Assembly: GCA_963664815.2 (NCBI GenBank)
Contig: CAXXHB010000003.1
Location: 544,001 to 608,000 of the forward strand
Origin: Spirochaetota bacterium
GTDB lineage: Bacteria > Spirochaetota > UBA4802 > UBA5550
Direction: 5' to 3'
DNA: 64,000 nt
Every line of letters begins with the position of its first letter. Within the stretch, counting starts at the first letter, position 1. The notes below the pieces were generated by a model. That model was not told the DNA's origin, did no database searches, and saw nothing but the letters and a program-made list of their open reading frames with translations. The position numbers and the translations under genes were made by a program. Shown piece by piece: positions 29,368 through 39,022 of this stretch.

Positions 29368-31935
29368 ATGTCAGGTGGAATGATGAATTTAAACTATACA
29401 GGAAGCTCGGCCCGCTGGGGCAGTTGGGAAAAATTATTCCGGGAGAACATAATGCCTGATAACAGAACATTAGGAAGAGGGGAAGTGCTTTTTATTCAGG
29501 GTGAAAATCCTGTAAAACTGTACATGCTTCAGGAGGGGGAGATCGAGATATTATCATCTCCTGAAGAATTTCTCGGTCTTGACAGTGATATAATAATTGA
29601 AAAATCCATAAGAGTATGCAGCATTAAAGGGAAAGCGATGCTTATCGGTTTTTCAGGACTTCTTCTGTCTGAATATGGAAAATCGGCAAGGGCTGTTGCT
29701 GATTCAGTTATAATTGAATACCCTCTGTCACAGGGCGGATTTAAGGGGATGGCGCAGAGGGATATAAATGGTTCCATCAATTTGCTCAGGCAGATCTTTA
29801 ACAATTTTATTATTTCACAGACTCAGCTTAAAAAAGCTGTGAGTCTCTATTCCCGCTTAAGTCAGATCGATGATAATCTTATGCTTTTATATAGTAATAT
29901 TTCTTCAGGTAACGGTCCTGAAGTTATAAACAAAAGAAGTGAAGATATTAATTCCATTTTCAGCTTAAACAAGGGCAAAATCCCGGACAAGGTAACAGCA
30001 GATTTTATAATCGAAGATAAAAGTGCCGTACTGAAAAAATCATATACTGATAAAATGATCAAAGATGTAATCGGAACCGATTATGTTGAATTGATCAAAA
30101 AGCTTCTTAAGCTTGATCCGCAGGTTATGGCGGGAATTATAAAGAGTGATTTTGAGATTGCTGTTTCAATTTTTTCATCTGTTGCGGATGCGGTTAACGG
30201 GGTTCTTGACAATGTACATGAGGTGATGGATAAGGTTAATCAGAAAGCGAATTCACTCTTCGGAGGGTCGGACAGCTGGGCGTTCTATTTTTCAGGTAAG
30301 AATGGCGTGAAGGACTGGAATTCATCGGAACGTTTGTCTCCTGATTTTTTCAGCAATATGATGAAAATAAATTCAAGACTTGACATGATGTATGTTGAAG
30401 TAACCGGGAGGCGCCTGTCTTCATTTGCGGGTTATAATGAACTTCTGAAGGCTTTAAACGCTTCAGAGGCAGAGGTGAAGCAGGAGAGCAGGATAAATGC
30501 AATGCCGGATGAAGTTCCTGAAACAGGGGATGAGGTAAAAAGAAGTGATGTATCAGCTCCTGCGCTTATAAGTACCGGGCTGCAGAAATCTATATTCCAG
30601 ATATTTGAATTTTCAATGATAGAGAAGGATTTTCAGAACAGACTGCTCAAGTTTCTGAATGATTATAAAAGCATGAGCAGTTCTAATATTTCCGATTCTG
30701 ACGCAAGAAAGCTGAGAAGACATATAGCTCAGCTTTACTGGGAACTGTATCAGCAGGTATTCACCAGATCAAAGGTTGAATCGTCGATTCCGAAAGCTGT
30801 TAAGCTGATGCTGACTTTCGGATTTCTTGATGATCAGCTGCTGGCGCCTGAACATCTTGTTGAATTGAATGAACTGGCAAGAATAAGGGAGAGGGAAACG
30901 GATATTCCGGTGCTTCTGGAAAATGAATTCCTGGCCAAGATTTACTCCGGAGAAGAGGATCCGAGTATAACCGAGATGGGTCTCACTTATGAAGCTTTTC
31001 TCAGGGAGCAGGAGAAATCGGCATCAAGGAAGGACAGGGAAGAGGCCGGGAAGGTCGATAACACTGACCTGAATCTTCAGAAAACCCTTCATGAAATTGC
31101 CCAGTGTCTGAAAACAACAGCCGCTGTATGCTCCGGTTCAACAGTAACAGCATTTCCAATCTTGACAGCTGAAGCTTTGAAGGGAAGCCTTAAGAGTATG
31201 TATGTTACAAAAAGCAAGGTTGATACTATAATAAAAAAACTTATTAATATTGATTATTCGGTTTTCTACAGGGAGACGGTTTTAAAGCTTGATTCTGCGA
31301 GGGAGATTATCCAGGAGGAGATTCTACCCTATTTTATTCTTGTTCCCATTGCAGGGAGCAAGACCCTTCTATGGCAGGAACTTTCAGGTAACAATAAAAG
31401 GTCAATGGCAAGGTTTATGATTCCGATTCTTTTTAACGGCGATCTGGAGAAGAACCTTATGCATTCACTGGCAAGCTTCAGGTGGGAAATTACAAAGAAT
31501 ATTAAGGGCGCCATGTGGGCTGATCCAGTTGAGGGTGGAGTTACCGGCGAATATTTTGATTATGTAAATACATTCAAGAAGAACTCCAAACTGTCTCCCG
31601 AGATGAAGGAGAAGATAAATCTCAAGTTTAAAAGCCTTAGGACAAACAGGGACAGGTTTGCAGATGATTATATGCTCTGGGTTGAGTATGAGCGCGAAGG
31701 AATTATGAAACTGAACACTGTTGTGCGTGAAATGTTTTTCAAACATATTCCTTTCAGGAAGGAGGTTCGCGATCAGCTTGAAGCCATGCCGGCATTCAGT
31801 AAATATGCCAACAGGTATAAAAATATTCAGAACAGGGAGTATCTTGCGTATGAAAGAAAGTTTAAAAAATACCAGGATGAATCAGGTGGATATCCTAAAG
31901 AAATACAGTCATTTTTTGAATTTTTAAAAATGTAG
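29368..31935 (+). CDS. Large protein with N-terminal cyclic-nucleotide-binding-like domain and uncharacterised C-terminal region
   Basis: GEVLFIQGE...LYMLQEGEIEI CAP/Crp-like start; long helical remainder; RBS GGAGG. Confidence 0.75.
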   Translation: MSGGMMNLNYTGSSARWGSWEKLFRENIMPDNRTLGRGEVLFIQGENPVKLYMLQEGEIEILSSPEEFLGLDSDIIIEKSIRVCSIKGKAMLIGFSGLLLSEYGKSARAVADSVIIEYPLSQGGFKGMAQRDINGSINLLRQIFNNFIISQTQLKKAVSLYSRLSQIDDNLMLLYSNISSGNGPEVINKRSEDINSIFSLNKGKIPDKVTADFIIEDKSAVLKKSYTDKMIKDVIGTDYVELIKKLLKLDPQVMAGIIKSDFEIAVSIFSSVADAVNGVLDNVHEVMDKVNQKANSLFGGSDSWAFYFSGKNGVKDWNSSERLSPDFFSNMMKINSRLDMMYVEVTGRRLSSFAGYNELLKALNASEAEVKQESRINAMPDEVPETGDEVKRSDVSAPALISTGLQKSIFQIFEFSMIEKDFQNRLLKFLNDYKSMSSSNISDSDARKLRRHIAQLYWELYQQVFTRSKVESSIPKAVKLMLTFGFLDDQLLAPEHLVELNELARIRERETDIPVLLENEFLAKIYSGEEDPSITEMGLTYEAFLREQEKSASRKDREEAGKVDNTDLNLQKTLHEIAQCLKTTAAVCSGSTVTAFPILTAEALKGSLKSMYVTKSKVDTIIKKLINIDYSVFYRETVLKLDSAREIIQEEILPYFILVPIAGSKTLLWQELSGNNKRSMARFMIPILFNGDLEKNLMHSLASFRWEITKNIKGAMWADPVEGGVTGEYFDYVNTFKKNSKLSPEMKEKINLKFKSLRTNRDRFADDYMLWVEYEREGIMKLNTVVREMFFKHIPFRKEVRDQLEAMPAFSKYANRYKNIQNREYLAYERKFKKYQDESGGYPKEIQSFFEFLKM

Positions 31936-31957
31936 GCAAACCGTCCGGCATTAATGG

Positions 31958-31985
31958 TGGGGACAGGGATTCTTTGTTTTCCCCA
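31958..31985 (+). terminator. Probable terminator hairpin
   Basis: TGGGGACAGGGA...TCTTTGTTTTCCCCA imperfect stem just after the stop codon. Confidence 0.4.
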
Positions 31986-32050
31986 TTCGGATATATTGGG
32001 CTTCGGGGAAGAATAAAAAAACAAAGAAATAAAAAACAGGGGATTATGAT

Positions 32051-32725
32051 ATGACAGCCGGAAAAAGATTTTTTGAAAAAATACTTTCAGTCTCTCTTTT
32101 CCTGGTTCTGATAAATGCCGCAGCATGCGCATCGGGACAGATGGAGAGTGATCCTGTAAAAGGAAAAGGAGGACCGTTATTCCAGAATAATGGTAATGCC
32201 GTTGTAAAAAATGGCGATGCAAGAAAGTATAATGACCTTCTTGTTAACATAAAGAACTACTCCACCAACGGAAGTTATTATCAGAATAAATTTGAGAAAC
32301 TTCTTCTTGCCATGGCCGGCGAAATAATAGATGGACAGGATCTTGAGATTTCCAAAGAGAGTATTGGTTTTTATTATGATAAAAAATCTGCAAGGACAGA
32401 CAGGCTTTTTCTAGGGGTTGATATAAACACAGTACGTGAAGGTAATCTTGATTACGGAAGATTTTCTGTTAAACTTATAAAAGAAAACCTGAACGGCATT
32501 GTTGACCTGATGTACAAATATAAGACAATACTGAATGAGAACGAGATTGTCGGCATAGTAATCGGTTTTAAGTGGATTGAAAACGGCGATTCCCAGCAGG
32601 TGAATATATGGATGAAGAAAGAGGATCTTCACCTGTTTTACGAGGGGAAAATCACTCAGAATGAAATGTATCAGAGGAGTACTATAACAAATACAGCGGG
32701 TAAAATTATACTCCTGCCAATATAG
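32051..32725 (+). CDS. Hypothetical lipoprotein
   Basis: Hydrophobic leader ending NAAA-C; 3' end overlaps hisC convergently. Confidence 0.7.
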   Translation: MTAGKRFFEKILSVSLFLVLINAAACASGQMESDPVKGKGGPLFQNNGNAVVKNGDARKYNDLLVNIKNYSTNGSYYQNKFEKLLLAMAGEIIDGQDLEISKESIGFYYDKKSARTDRLFLGVDINTVREGNLDYGRFSVKLIKENLNGIVDLMYKYKTILNENEIVGIVIGFKWIENGDSQQVNIWMKKEDLHLFYEGKITQNEMYQRSTITNTAGKIILLPI

Positions 32726-33761
32726 ATTCAATTATAGCGCATACTTTTTTTATTTCCATCATGGTACCTATACTGATCCGGATATATTCGGATTGTATGG
32801 GGCCGCTGAAATATCTTACGAGTACTTTTTGCTCCTTCATCTTTTCGTACAGTTCCAGCGGAGAGAACTTCGGGTGACGTGTAAATATAAAATTGCCTCT
32901 GGATGGTATTATTTCAAAATCCATTCCTGCTAGTCTCTCTTCAAGGTATTCCTTATTGCTTCTCAGCATACCAAGATTGTAGGTAAAACTCTTTACATCA
33001 AGAAGGGCGGCTGCTGCTCCTGTAAGAGCGAGAGAATCGACGTTATATGAATCTTTCAGCTTGAAAAGACCCTCAATAATACTTTTATCTGCTATTGCAA
33101 GACCTACCCTCAAACCTGCAAGTGAATAGGATTTTGAAAATGATCGGGTGATTATAATATTGTCAAACTCTTTTATAAGGTCAATGGATGAACCGCCGTA
33201 GAAGTCTATATACGCTTCATCAACCACGAGAAGCCCTTTGTATCTTTTAAGGAACTCCCTTATTTTTTCTTTTTCAGTGAACGTACCAGTAGGATTATTC
33301 GGATTTGCTATTATTACCATATCGTATCTGTTTACCAGGAACTTGTCGAGGTCGAGCTGAAGGTCTGCTCCGAGATTTATTTTGTCATAATTTATTCCAT
33401 TGCCCTGAGCCAGCGTGTCATAAAGGGAGTATGAGGGATATGGGAATGCCGCTGTGCCGCTTTTCTCAATAAATCCCCTGAAAAGAAGGGTGAATATTTC
33501 GTCGGAACCGTTGCCGGCAAAAACATTTTCCGGTTTTAACCCGTTCTGCTCTGCGAAAATTTCTCTTAACCTTATGGCCTTTGAGTCGGGATATCTTTTA
33601 AGTCCCCCATTCAGGTTGCCGGCTAATGCTTTCATTACACTGTCGAAAGGGGGAAAGGGATTTTCATTTGTGTTGAGTTTTATGAATTCATCGAGGTCCT
33701 GCGGCTGTTCACCCGGTATATATTCATCCATGTTCTTTAAGGTTTTATTCCAGTATTTCAT
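32706..33761 (-). CDS. hisC: Histidinol-phosphate aminotransferase
   Basis: KLNTNENPFPP, GNGSDE, NPNNPTG, VDEAYIDF, RSFSKSYSLAGLRVG. Confidence 0.95.
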   Translation of the reverse strand: MKYWNKTLKNMDEYIPGEQPQDLDEFIKLNTNENPFPPFDSVMKALAGNLNGGLKRYPDSKAIRLREIFAEQNGLKPENVFAGNGSDEIFTLLFRGFIEKSGTAAFPYPSYSLYDTLAQGNGINYDKINLGADLQLDLDKFLVNRYDMVIIANPNNPTGTFTEKEKIREFLKRYKGLLVVDEAYIDFYGGSSIDLIKEFDNIIITRSFSKSYSLAGLRVGLAIADKSIIEGLFKLKDSYNVDSLALTGAAAALLDVKSFTYNLGMLRSNKEYLEERLAGMDFEIIPSRGNFIFTRHPKFSPLELYEKMKEQKVLVRYFSGPIQSEYIRISIGTMMEIKKVCAIIESILAGV

Positions 33762-33777
33762 TTCAACTCCGGTTATA

Positions 33778-34722
33778 TTAGTGTTGGTGCGCTGCGCCGA
33801 TTATATCATAGACAGACAGGCAGGATTCTTCCGCAAGGTATTTCTCAAGATCGGAAACAAGCTTCTCAGATATGGAAGGTTCTATCATATTTGCTGTTCC
33901 TATTGAGACTGCAGAAGCTCCTGCCATCATGAACTCAACTACATCTTCGATATTACTGATTCCCCCCATTCCTATAACGGGGATTTTGACACTGCTGTAA
34001 ATCTGATATACAATTCTTACGGCAACCGGTTTAATGGCGGGACCGCTGAGACCCGCAACCTTGTTGCTGAAGTGAGGTTTACGTTTTTGTATATCTATTT
34101 TCATTCCGAGAAGAGTGTTGACGGCGGAAATGGCATCAGCTCCTATCTCCTCAGCTCTTACTGCGAATTGAGTGATATCTGTTACATTAGGCGATAGCTT
34201 TATAATTAGAACACAGTCTGTTACAGCCCTTGCCTTTTCCACAAGATCGGTAAAAATTTCAAGATTTGTTCCGAATGCCATTCCACCCTGTTTGACATTG
34301 GGGCAGGATACATTGAGTTCCACGGCATCAATACCGTCAGTATGTGAAAGCACCCGGCATAGTTCAACATTTTCATCTATGGAATGCCCGGCGATATTTG
34401 GAATTGCTGTTACCCTGTTTTTTACAAGAAAAGGGAGTTTTGTATCGATGAATTCCCTGAGTCCTACATTCTCAAGGCCTATTGAATTAAGCACGCCGGA
34501 TGGTGTTTCCATGATTCTGTTTCCGGGATTACCCCTTCTCGGTTCAATGGAGAGACCCTTTGTGAATACGGCGCCGATACCTGATATATCCATAAACCTT
34601 GACAGTTCTTCTCCATATCCGGCAGTACCGGATGCAACTGTTACCGGATTTTTAAGAGTGAGGCTCCCTATTTTTACACCTGTTTCCAAAATGAGACTCC
34701 TGAAGTTTTTATTTAAAAACAT
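33778..34722 (-). CDS. pyrD: Dihydroorotate dehydrogenase, family 1B catalytic subunit
   Basis: ASGT, NSIGLEN, ELNVSCPNV, KLSPN, GLSGPAIKP. Confidence 0.95.
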   Translation of the reverse strand: MFLNKNFRSLILETGVKIGSLTLKNPVTVASGTAGYGEELSRFMDISGIGAVFTKGLSIEPRRGNPGNRIMETPSGVLNSIGLENVGLREFIDTKLPFLVKNRVTAIPNIAGHSIDENVELCRVLSHTDGIDAVELNVSCPNVKQGGMAFGTNLEIFTDLVEKARAVTDCVLIIKLSPNVTDITQFAVRAEEIGADAISAVNTLLGMKIDIQKRKPHFSNKVAGLSGPAIKPVAVRIVYQIYSSVKIPVIGMGGISNIEDVVEFMMAGASAVSIGTANMIEPSISEKLVSDLEKYLAEESCLSVYDIIGAAHQH

Positions 34723-34973
34723 TATAGTATTAATGGAGTCAATTAAATAATTGAAACTTTTCAGTAATTAATAAATACTTTAATCATGCAGATTTATCTA
34801 TTTTAATTGTGAAAACGGATAAAAAGCCGTATCATTATCAGTTTTTTATAAATACCAGTACCAAATTTTTGTTTGACACAGGATGGAGAGATTGATTTTT
34901 ATTGGATTAAATAAATTTACCCCCTTTTCCGGAATACCGGGAAGATTTATAAGAAGCTTTATAAAAGGAAAAA

Positions 34974-35657
34974 ATGAAAAACGGAATTTGTCTCGCATTT
35001 GATATTGATGGTACCATTTACGATGCCGGAGATATTCTTGAAGAGTCCTTCAGACGGGGCATTGAGACTTTTATTAATTCGGGCGAAGATGATTCAATCC
35101 GTATACCTTCAAGGGAGGAGATAACGGCAACTCTGGGTTATCCGCTGGGTGAGATTTTTATGATACTTTTCCCGGCGCTTGAATTTCATAAAAGAAATGA
35201 ACTTGCAGTTCTCTGTACCGTGAATCTGGTAGGCCTTATAAAGGAAAAAAAGGGGAACCTTATAGATGGTGTTGCAGAGACAATAAAGGCTCTGGATTCC
35301 ATGAAATACAATATGCTTGTTGCATCAAACGGTGCCAGGGCATATGTCGAGGCCATACTTGAAACATATGGTCTGAAGAGGTATTTTTCGGAGCCTTTTA
35401 TATATCCTGAAGGTAATATTAAGAATAAAACCGATATTATAGGGAGATATATAGAGCTTAACCCGGGGAAGGAGCTGATAATGATAGGTGACAGGTATAC
35501 CGATCTTGCTGCAGCGAGGGAAAACGGAATAAAATTTATCGGCTGTGCATTCGGTCATGCAGGAGCTGATGAGATTGAAGGGGAAAAATATATAGTAAAT
35601 GATTTCAGGGAGATCCCTGAAATTCTTAAAAAAATCGAGTATAATCATTATAATTAG
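34974..35657 (+). CDS. HAD-superfamily hydrolase
   Basis: FDIDGT, VASNG, MIGDRYTD. Confidence 0.88.
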   Translation: MKNGICLAFDIDGTIYDAGDILEESFRRGIETFINSGEDDSIRIPSREEITATLGYPLGEIFMILFPALEFHKRNELAVLCTVNLVGLIKEKKGNLIDGVAETIKALDSMKYNMLVASNGARAYVEAILETYGLKRYFSEPFIYPEGNIKNKTDIIGRYIELNPGKELIMIGDRYTDLAAARENGIKFIGCAFGHAGADEIEGEKYIVNDFREIPEILKKIEYNHYN

Positions 35658-35789
35658 CCAACGGGACCCTTTGAAACTTCGACAGGCACAGTTAATTGCC
35701 GCCGGAGGGGCTTAAATACGGAAAAATTTATTTATTGATCACACTCCGCTTAACAAGGTGGAGGCAAATATAAGAGTCCCATCTTCGGG

Positions 35790-36752
35790 GTGAAGGATTC
35801 TATAACTGATAATTTTACAGGAGATATTAAGATGATTCTCGAAGATTACGGCTGGGATTCATGGTTCGATGAACAGTATAAATCTTTAAATCTTAACCTT
35901 AAAACCGGCAGGGTTGTAGGTAATTCGGAATTTTACAAAGTAGTATGCGAGGATGGGGTTATAGAAGCGGAGATATCCCAGCGCTTGTTTTATGCCACAG
36001 CATCCGACAGCGAACTCCCTGTACCGGGAGACTGGGTTTTAATAATTTCAGATGACAGTGATTCCGGATATTCAATTTATGACCTTCTTCCAAGACGTTC
36101 ATTCCTTGCGCTTCCCGACAGCGAAAATCCTGAAGAAGAGGTCCCGGTAGTGGCAAATGTCGACTATATACTGGCTGCAGTTCCGGCAGGTACAGATATT
36201 GATGCATCTGTCGTGGAAAAACTGACCGATACAAGCCGTGAATGGGGTGCAGAACCGCTTTTTATAAGTTATGGAAAAACCTCAGCGTGTGAAGAGATGG
36301 ACAGATTAAGAAAAGCCGCAGGGGATGCCGGTATAATATTTATTGATTCAATTGATAAAAACGGGCTTGATGAACTTATCAAAGAGCTTACACCACGAAA
36401 AACATATGCTGTTACCGGTGTTATTTCAGATGATGTTTCGGCAATAATTACATATCTTACCGATGGAGAGATTTTCAGCGGTGATGACAGTAATGAACCG
36501 GGGAAAAATGTGCTTCGTTTGCTCCCTTCTTCGGCAATACTTTTCGGGATTCCTCTTGCCGGTGGAAGCGGATTTTTCAGCGATGATTATGATGGTGAGG
36601 ATTATGGTGATATTATTGAAATTGCGGGCCTGTGCAGGTTCAATGACTGCAGGCATATAAATGAACCGGGGTGTGCAGTGCTTAAAGCTGTTGATAACGG
36701 CGAGATTGACTATGATTACTACAGGGCATTTCTGAAGGCTCTGGATAACTGA
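35790..36752 (+). CDS. RsgA-like protein with degenerate GTPase domain
   Basis: N-terminal LEDYGW...GRV...PVPGDWV (OB fold), LPRRS, VANVD and C-terminal Zn finger CRFNDCRHINEPGCAV; P-loop absent. The real start may be the ATG at 35832. Confidence 0.75.
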   Translation: MKDSITDNFTGDIKMILEDYGWDSWFDEQYKSLNLNLKTGRVVGNSEFYKVVCEDGVIEAEISQRLFYATASDSELPVPGDWVLIISDDSDSGYSIYDLLPRRSFLALPDSENPEEEVPVVANVDYILAAVPAGTDIDASVVEKLTDTSREWGAEPLFISYGKTSACEEMDRLRKAAGDAGIIFIDSIDKNGLDELIKELTPRKTYAVTGVISDDVSAIITYLTDGEIFSGDDSNEPGKNVLRLLPSSAILFGIPLAGGSGFFSDDYDGEDYGDIIEIAGLCRFNDCRHINEPGCAVLKAVDNGEIDYDYYRAFLKALDN

Positions 36753-36864
36753 TAAGGCTTTTCGCGGGATGTTATCCCTCCTGAAATATATAATTAGCTT
36801 GCAATTTACCTGTTGTTGCAGTAACATTAAGTGTAGCAGAACTCTTATAATATACTTGTTTGCT

Positions 36865-36927
36865 TTCCCGGTTTTTTTCGGGGTTTAAGGGGAGAAGCCC
36901 CTTAAAAAACCTCAGGATTTACTGAGG
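36865..36927 (+). promoter_or_regulatory. Cluster of hairpins in the leader of the Ig-like lipoprotein gene
   Basis: TTTAAGGGG-agaag-CCCCTTAAA (36884-36906), CCTCAG-gattta-CTGAGG (36910-36927), and a weaker CCCG...CGGG hairpin upstream. Confidence 0.4.
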
Positions 36928-36987
36928 GAATAAGTACCAGTCAGGAAACAGCTGTAAAGTTTATGAATAAACTATTCATGTGAAGTT

Positions 36988-38199
36988 ATGATATTAAAAT
37001 ATTTCAGACATAATCTGAAAAGGGTATCGACTCTGATACTCATTTCTGTTATTTCAGCGGGAATAGCCGGATGTAATCAGAATGCTGCAACAGTGACATT
37101 GAGTCCCTCAACAGGGTCACTTGCAACAAGCGATACCGGAACAATTCATCCCTCTATTCAGAGTGTATACCCCGGGAAGCTTCAGACTCTGGATATCCCG
37201 GAATCTTTCCCCACTGATATATCCCCTTACAGCCCCGGTATAGTGGTTGTTTTTTCGCACCTTATGGAAAATGACAGCAGTGAAATGAGCAGTTTCATGA
37301 CTCTCGTTGAAGTGACTACAGGCTATCCGGAGGTGGCAATTAATATTACCCCGACTGCAACTTCGAAGTATTTTAATATAATACCCTCTTCCGGTTCATT
37401 AAAACCGGATACTCAATATATCCTGAGGATTTATAAAAATGCATTCGCTGAAACTGCTTTTGATACTGTTTCTGTCTCAAGGAGCAGCAATGTAGCCACT
37501 ATTATTACCGCAGCAGCTCATGGGCTTACAGATAACGAAATGGTTTCTGTAAGCGGATTTGGAACTCTTGTACCCGCTCATTCAGTTTATAATGCATCTT
37601 ATGTTAATATCAAGGTGGTAAATACAACAACATTTACCTATTCCAATACGGGATCGGATGAAGGGACAACAGCTGATACTGATGGGCGTGTAGCTGTTTA
37701 TTACAGGACACTTGTCTTTGACAATCTGGTTAATTCTCCGGCTACAACTTTGAGCCCTGCAGATCCTGTTTACGTGGATTATGAATTTCAGACAGGGAAT
37801 ACAGTAACAGATCTTATACCGCCGACGCTGCTTTCAACCAATCCTTCAAATAGTGCTGTTAATGTGCCGTATGATTTATCACCTGGATATATTGAGATTA
37901 TCTTCAATGATACGAATAACAGCGGGAATAGTACTCTTCCAATGATAAATCCCTCTACTGTTAATGAATCATCTGTTACTCTTTATGATGTTACAAATAC
38001 AGCTTATATATCAGGGTATCTGACATGCGATTATACGGACGCCTATTTCAGAACATTCAGGTTTTATCCATACGATTTATCAAATATTCTGACAGATACA
38101 AATTACCGGCTTTCGATCAGTATTCCGCCATATAATGTGCTGGATTTTGCAGGAAATGCCATGACTCGGGCTGATGTCTTTTTTACAACAGGAAACTGA
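36988..38199 (+). CDS. Lipoprotein with bacterial Ig-like (Big_5/SbsA-type) domains
   Basis: Lipobox IAG-C; IVVVFS, LKPDTQYILRI, PPTLLSTNPSNSAVNVP and VLDFAGN segments typical of Big_5. Confidence 0.75.
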   Translation: MILKYFRHNLKRVSTLILISVISAGIAGCNQNAATVTLSPSTGSLATSDTGTIHPSIQSVYPGKLQTLDIPESFPTDISPYSPGIVVVFSHLMENDSSEMSSFMTLVEVTTGYPEVAINITPTATSKYFNIIPSSGSLKPDTQYILRIYKNAFAETAFDTVSVSRSSNVATIITAAAHGLTDNEMVSVSGFGTLVPAHSVYNASYVNIKVVNTTTFTYSNTGSDEGTTADTDGRVAVYYRTLVFDNLVNSPATTLSPADPVYVDYEFQTGNTVTDLIPPTLLSTNPSNSAVNVPYDLSPGYIEIIFNDTNNSGNSTLPMINPSTVNESSVTLYDVTNTAYISGYLTCDYTDAYFRTFRFYPYDLSNILTDTNYRLSISIPPYNVLDFAGNAMTRADVFFTTGN

Positions 38200-38420
38200 T
38201 TTTATTATTTATATGGCTTTCAGCATGCAGTATTATTTTAGTAATTGAGTTTGATGTTGACAGTTTCACTGTTTTTTTCAGTAATAACCCGTAAGTATAT
38301 ATTTTAGCGTAAAAAAGGAATATTATATACCCTTCGGCGGCGGTATTTGAGCTTTTTTAAATATTTGATATTGCTGATCAGTATGTTATCTTTAAATAAT
38401 AGTAATAATAAGAGGTTTAT

Positions 38421-38951
38421 ATGAACAAAAAAATATTAATTACAGCAATCGCTGTTGCTGCCGCAGCGCTGGCATATTTTTTCTTCTCATCGGGAAAAAC
38501 CCCGGAGGACGCAAAGAAATCTGCCCAGGCGGGGGTTGAATATACACGTGACGGGAAATATGACAAGGCTATTGACAGCTATAACGATTCGCTTAAAGTA
38601 ACAGACGACCCGGTTGTTTTATATAACAGGGGGGTTGCATATATGAACAAAGGTGATAACGAAAATGCCGTTAAAGATTTCAGCAGGGTAATTGAGCTTC
38701 AGCCAGGCAATTTTTCTGCATATAATAACAGAGCATTTACTTATAAAAATACCGGTAAGTTTGATGAGGCTATAAAAGATTATTCTGAAGTCATTAAGCT
38801 GAAACCTGATTTCACCATTGCCTATTATGGGCGTGGAATTTCATATAAGTATACAGGGAATAAAGAAAAGGCTCTTGCCGATTTAAAGAAAGCACTTTCT
38901 CTCGGTTATTCAGCAGCATCAAAAGATATTGAGGGTCTGGAAAAAAAATAG
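38421..38951 (+). CDS. Membrane-anchored TPR protein
   Basis: About four TPR motifs (YNRGVAY, YNNRA, AYYGRG). Confidence 0.88.
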   Translation: MNKKILITAIAVAAAALAYFFFSSGKTPEDAKKSAQAGVEYTRDGKYDKAIDSYNDSLKVTDDPVVLYNRGVAYMNKGDNENAVKDFSRVIELQPGNFSAYNNRAFTYKNTGKFDEAIKDYSEVIKLKPDFTIAYYGRGISYKYTGNKEKALADLKKALSLGYSAASKDIEGLEKK

Positions 38952-38978
38952 TATTATTAAAGTGTAAACAATTATCCC

Positions 38979-39014
38979 GGTTATTACTGACCTCTGAAAT
39001 GGTCAGCAGTAACC
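38979..39014. terminator. Bidirectional terminator hairpin between convergent genes
   Basis: GGTTATTACTGACC-8 nt-GGTCAGCAGTAACC imperfect 14-bp stem. Confidence 0.6.
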
Positions 39015-39022
39015 TGTTTCAC

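Noticed and set aside
31935-31970. GGCAAACC resembling the start of a c-di-GMP-I riboswitch
   Set aside because: No GNRA-capped P2 or following GCAAAGC element; the downstream hairpin is better explained as a terminator.
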